This document shows, one piece after another, positions 6,227-8,227 of a stretch of DNA of 8,227 nt. The notes under the pieces are model-generated. The model had not been told where the DNA came from, did not search any database, and was given only the letters and a program-made list of their open reading frames with translations. Position 1 is the first letter of the stretch. Every line of letters starts with the position of its first letter. The DNA is taken from contig CAID01000010.2 in the NCBI GenBank assembly GCA_000214015.2, positions 532,706-540,932 of the forward strand, in the 5' to 3' direction. This DNA is from Ostreococcus tauri. Taxonomy: Eukaryota. Both the position numbers and the translations under genes were made by a program.

Positions 6227-6586
6227 ATGGTGCGCATCACCGAGAGCGACCACGACGCGCTGGCGCGAGCGAAGACGCGCGCGGAGGAGGGCGCGGCGAT
6301 GCAAGAGGTCGCGGACGACATCACGGGCGCGGACGACGCGAGCGAGACGTCCGAGGAGGCATCGGACGGGGAGTTCGAGGCGGGACCGACGGTGTGGGAG
6401 GCGGCGGAGGATGAAGAAATTCCGGAGAATCACTGGGATTATCACATGCGGAAGAACATGAACGATGGACGCGGTGACTCGGTGGCTCGAAACCTCGCGT
6501 ACGTGCCGGTGTGCAACTGCATGCCGGTGTGCCAAGGGGAGGACGGATGCAGAAATCCGTACTTTATGTGGACTAAGAAGAAGTGA
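6227..6586 (+). CDS. hypothetical small acidic protein (119 aa) with C-terminal C-x-C-x3-C-x5-C motif
   Basis: True ATG at 6227 and TGA at 6584-6586. Most codons end in G/C with the same preferences (gag, gac, gcg, acg) as the confident genes nearby. The N-terminal two thirds are D/E-rich. Cys96, Cys98, Cys102 and Cys108 (6512-6550) are followed by RNPYF and a KKK terminus. I recognise no family, so coding status is supported by codon bias and position only. Confidence 0.5.
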   Translation: MVRITESDHDALARAKTRAEEGAAMQEVADDITGADDASETSEEASDGEFEAGPTVWEAAEDEEIPENHWDYHMRKNMNDGRGDSVARNLAYVPVCNCMPVCQGEDGCRNPYFMWTKKK

Positions 6587-6639
6587 TGGGTGAAAAAGAC
6601 ATGTTATAATTACATGACGCGCGCATCGATCGTTCCGTG
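6587..6639. terminator. convergent 3' spacer (53 bp) between the small ORF and the helicase gene
   Basis: Lies between the TGA at 6584-6586 (+) and the TAG at 6640-6642 (- strand). It has an AT-rich core, gacatgttataattacatga, with a TGTAA on the minus strand (plus ttaca at 6610-6614), 26 nt past the helicase stop. Confidence 0.45.
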
Positions 6640-8227
6640 CTAGAGGTTTGTGGGCGTCGCCTCGACTGGATCGCCTCGATCGTTTCTACGCATGATTTCT
6701 CGCGCGAGGCGAACCTGTCGTCCGATGACGAGGACGGAGACGCGGCCCTCGCCCATGGCCCCGCGCGCGGTGCGCCCGACTCTGCGCACGTACTCGCTCG
6801 GATCTCGCGGGAAATCAAACAAGATGACGTGCTCGACGCGAGACGCGTCCAGGCCTCGAGACGCGCGGTCAGTGCACACGAGCACGTGCGGCGTCTTCGA
6901 CGAAGACGTGATGAACTCTTTGAGATTTTGTTGCTGCTGCTCGCGCGAAAGCGCGGCGTGGTAGGGCAAAATTTTATACTTATCGCCATCTTGATCGGCA
7001 CGCTTGAGAAAGTTTTCAATCTTCCGGCACGTCTCGATCTTGTTGCAGAAGAGCAACGTTCGCTGCGCCCTGTCCACCTCGAGTAGTTGCAGTAACGCCT
7101 TAAACTTGCGATAGAATCCGGACTCTTCGTCGAAGATCTCTCCACCGCTACAGTCGATGAGGCGCTCGAGCATACCTGCGGACGGTCGATGCAAACCGGG
7201 TCCCTGCACGACGCGAATATCGCTCTCAAAAAATTTCTTGAGCTGGCGCAAAACGTCGTCGGGAATCGTCGCCGTGACGAGAACGAATTGCGCGTCCTGT
7301 CTCAGTGCATTTCGAATCGGCGCCACTTGCTCCGCAAACTCAAAGCTGTCGCCGAGTAACACGTCGCACTCGTCCATGACGACCGCCTCGACGTCGTCGG
7401 TGAGCATCTTACCCTCCTCGATGAGTCTCGCGACGCGACCGGGAGTTCCGATGACGATGTCCACGCCCTCCTTGAGCGCCTCAATCTGCGTACGAGGCTT
7501 ACTCACGTTGTTCGCCAACAGAGAACGAGAACGCAATCCCCCGAACGACAAATTTTTTACGACGTCTCGCACCTGCGTCGCGAGCTCGCTCGTAGGCGTG
7601 AGCACGAGAAGTCTCGGCCGCTTTGACTTGCTCCTCCCCTGCTCAGCCTCGATGCCTTGCAGTCGCTGAAGCAGCGGTAACAGGTACGCCAGGGTCTTCC
7701 CGCTTCCCGCTTGATCGGCGAGCAAGATGTGACGCTGCGACGCGTCCGCGGCGTCTCCACTGAGCGCGCGGTACGATTGCGCCTGGATGTGCGACGGTCG
7801 CTCAATCTTGAAGCTCTCCTTGAGCGCCGCGCGCACTTCATCACTCGCCCCAAGCTGCGCGAATCGCGCGCCAGAGAAGAAGGAGTACTCATCTAAATCG
7901 TCTGGCTCTCTCGTGTACACCATCGGCTCGAAATCATCCTCCACGTACTTGCTCAGGAGCTCCGGGAGGTACGCCTTGTTCTGCCTCTCCCCCCACCGAC
8001 GCCCGTCCTCGAGTTCGTCCTCGAGACCTTGTAAGATCCAATCCACCTCGTCATCGGGTTCGTCCCCCTCGTACTCATCTTCACGCGAGTACGACGGTCC
8101 ATCGTCGCGATACCGATCGTCGTCTCGCCCTCGCGCGAATCCGCGCTCGCGCCGCTCTCCGCCGCGCGCGGCGTCTCGCCCGTCTCGCCCGCCTCGTCCA
8201 CCGCGCCCCCCCCGTCCGAATCGCCCA
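6640..8227 (-). CDS. DEAD-box-family ATP-dependent RNA helicase (DECD variant; plant organellar RH50-like by motif recall), 5'-partial in this window
   Basis: Q-motif region FAQLG...RPSHIQ. Motif I ADQAGSGKT at 7693-7719. Ia LVLTPTSELA. Ib TPGR. Motif II DECD at 7363-7374. III TAT. IV LLFCNKIETC. V CTDRASRGLD. VI YVRRVGRTARG. The track start at 8046 is GTG (plus cac at 8044-8046). I translated the same frame by hand from 8047 to 8226 and found no stop and no ATG. It encodes GRFGRGGRGGRGGRDGRDAARGGERRERGFARGRDDDRYRDDGPSYSREDEYEGDEPDDE, so the CDS continues past the right edge. Confidence 0.9.
   Translation of the reverse strand, partial: GRFGRGGRGGRGGRDGRDAARGGERRERGFARGRDDDRYRDDGPSYSREDEYEGDEPDDEVDWILQGLEDELEDGRRWGERQNKAYLPELLSKYVEDDFEPMVYTREPDDLDEYSFFSGARFAQLGASDEVRAALKESFKIERPSHIQAQSYRALSGDAADASQRHILLADQAGSGKTLAYLLPLLQRLQGIEAEQGRSKSKRPRLLVLTPTSELATQVRDVVKNLSFGGLRSRSLLANNVSKPRTQIEALKEGVDIVIGTPGRVARLIEEGKMLTDDVEAVVMDECDVLLGDSFEFAEQVAPIRNALRQDAQFVLVTATIPDDVLRQLKKFFESDIRVVQGPGLHRPSAGMLERLIDCSGGEIFDEESGFYRKFKALLQLLEVDRAQRTLLFCNKIETCRKIENFLKRADQDGDKYKILPYHAALSREQQQQNLKEFITSSSKTPHVLVCTDRASRGLDASRVEHVILFDFPRDPSEYVRRVGRTARGAMGEGRVSVLVIGRQVRLAREIMRRNDRGDPVEATPTNL

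Noticed and set aside
6091-6535. Minus-strand ORFs 6091..6324 and 6149..6535, opposite the small acidic ORF
   Set aside because: They are Arg/Ala/His-rich antisense-type translations, and they would run into the telomere-like promoter element. The plus frame has the better codon bias. Coding status of this locus is still only moderate, as stated in the feature list.
6600-6616. Small inverted repeat CATGT-tataatt-ACATG in the 53-bp spacer, a possible terminator hairpin
   Set aside because: It has only a 5-bp stem with a 7-nt AT loop and no following U-tract. Rho-independent termination is not relevant to a eukaryotic Pol II locus. The AT-rich core is better explained as a poly(A) signal region.
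113-8227. FtsH protease, metaxin and an organellar-type helicase as a functional organelle-biogenesis cluster or operon-like system
   Set aside because: The genes are on alternating strands with separate promoters in a eukaryotic context. The intervening genes (PsuG, RS protein, small orphan) are unrelated. Organelle-targeted proteins are a large share of any algal proteome, so co-occurrence is expected by chance.

Overview
The window is GC-rich and very gene-dense. It reads as nuclear DNA from a compact green-lineage picoeukaryote (Mamiellophyceae-like, an inference from content), not from a prokaryote. Six apparently intron-less genes alternate strictly in orientation (+ - + - + -). They are: (1) an FtsH-family AAA+/M41 zinc metalloprotease of the plant FTSH11 type; (2) pseudouridine-5'-phosphate glycosidase (PsuG/IndA family); (3) a metaxin-like, tail-anchored protein with a GST-C-like domain; (4) an Arg/Ser-rich coiled-coil protein of unknown function; (5) a 119-aa acidic orphan ending in a C-x-C-x3-C-x5-C motif; (6) a DEAD-box-family RNA helicase with a DECD motif II and an N-terminal RGG region, which runs off the right edge. 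The ORF track allows non-ATG starts. I checked the bases: the starts at 8046, 3768 and 3540 are all GTG, so those N-termini are artefacts for a eukaryote and I re-set them. Both edge genes stay in frame out to the window edges. Non-coding features: three convergent 3' spacers of only 98, 39 and 53 bp; an (AC)15 microsatellite; a (GAC)9 microsatellite; and a short plant-type telomere repeat (TTTAGGG) inside a six-tract G-quadruplex motif in the 353-bp divergent promoter. I found no CRISPR array, mobile element, rRNA or tRNA gene, operon, or prokaryote-style defence or biosynthetic system. This is an ordinary housekeeping region. The most interesting items are the telo-box/G4 promoter element, the two orphan proteins and the overlapping-transcript architecture.
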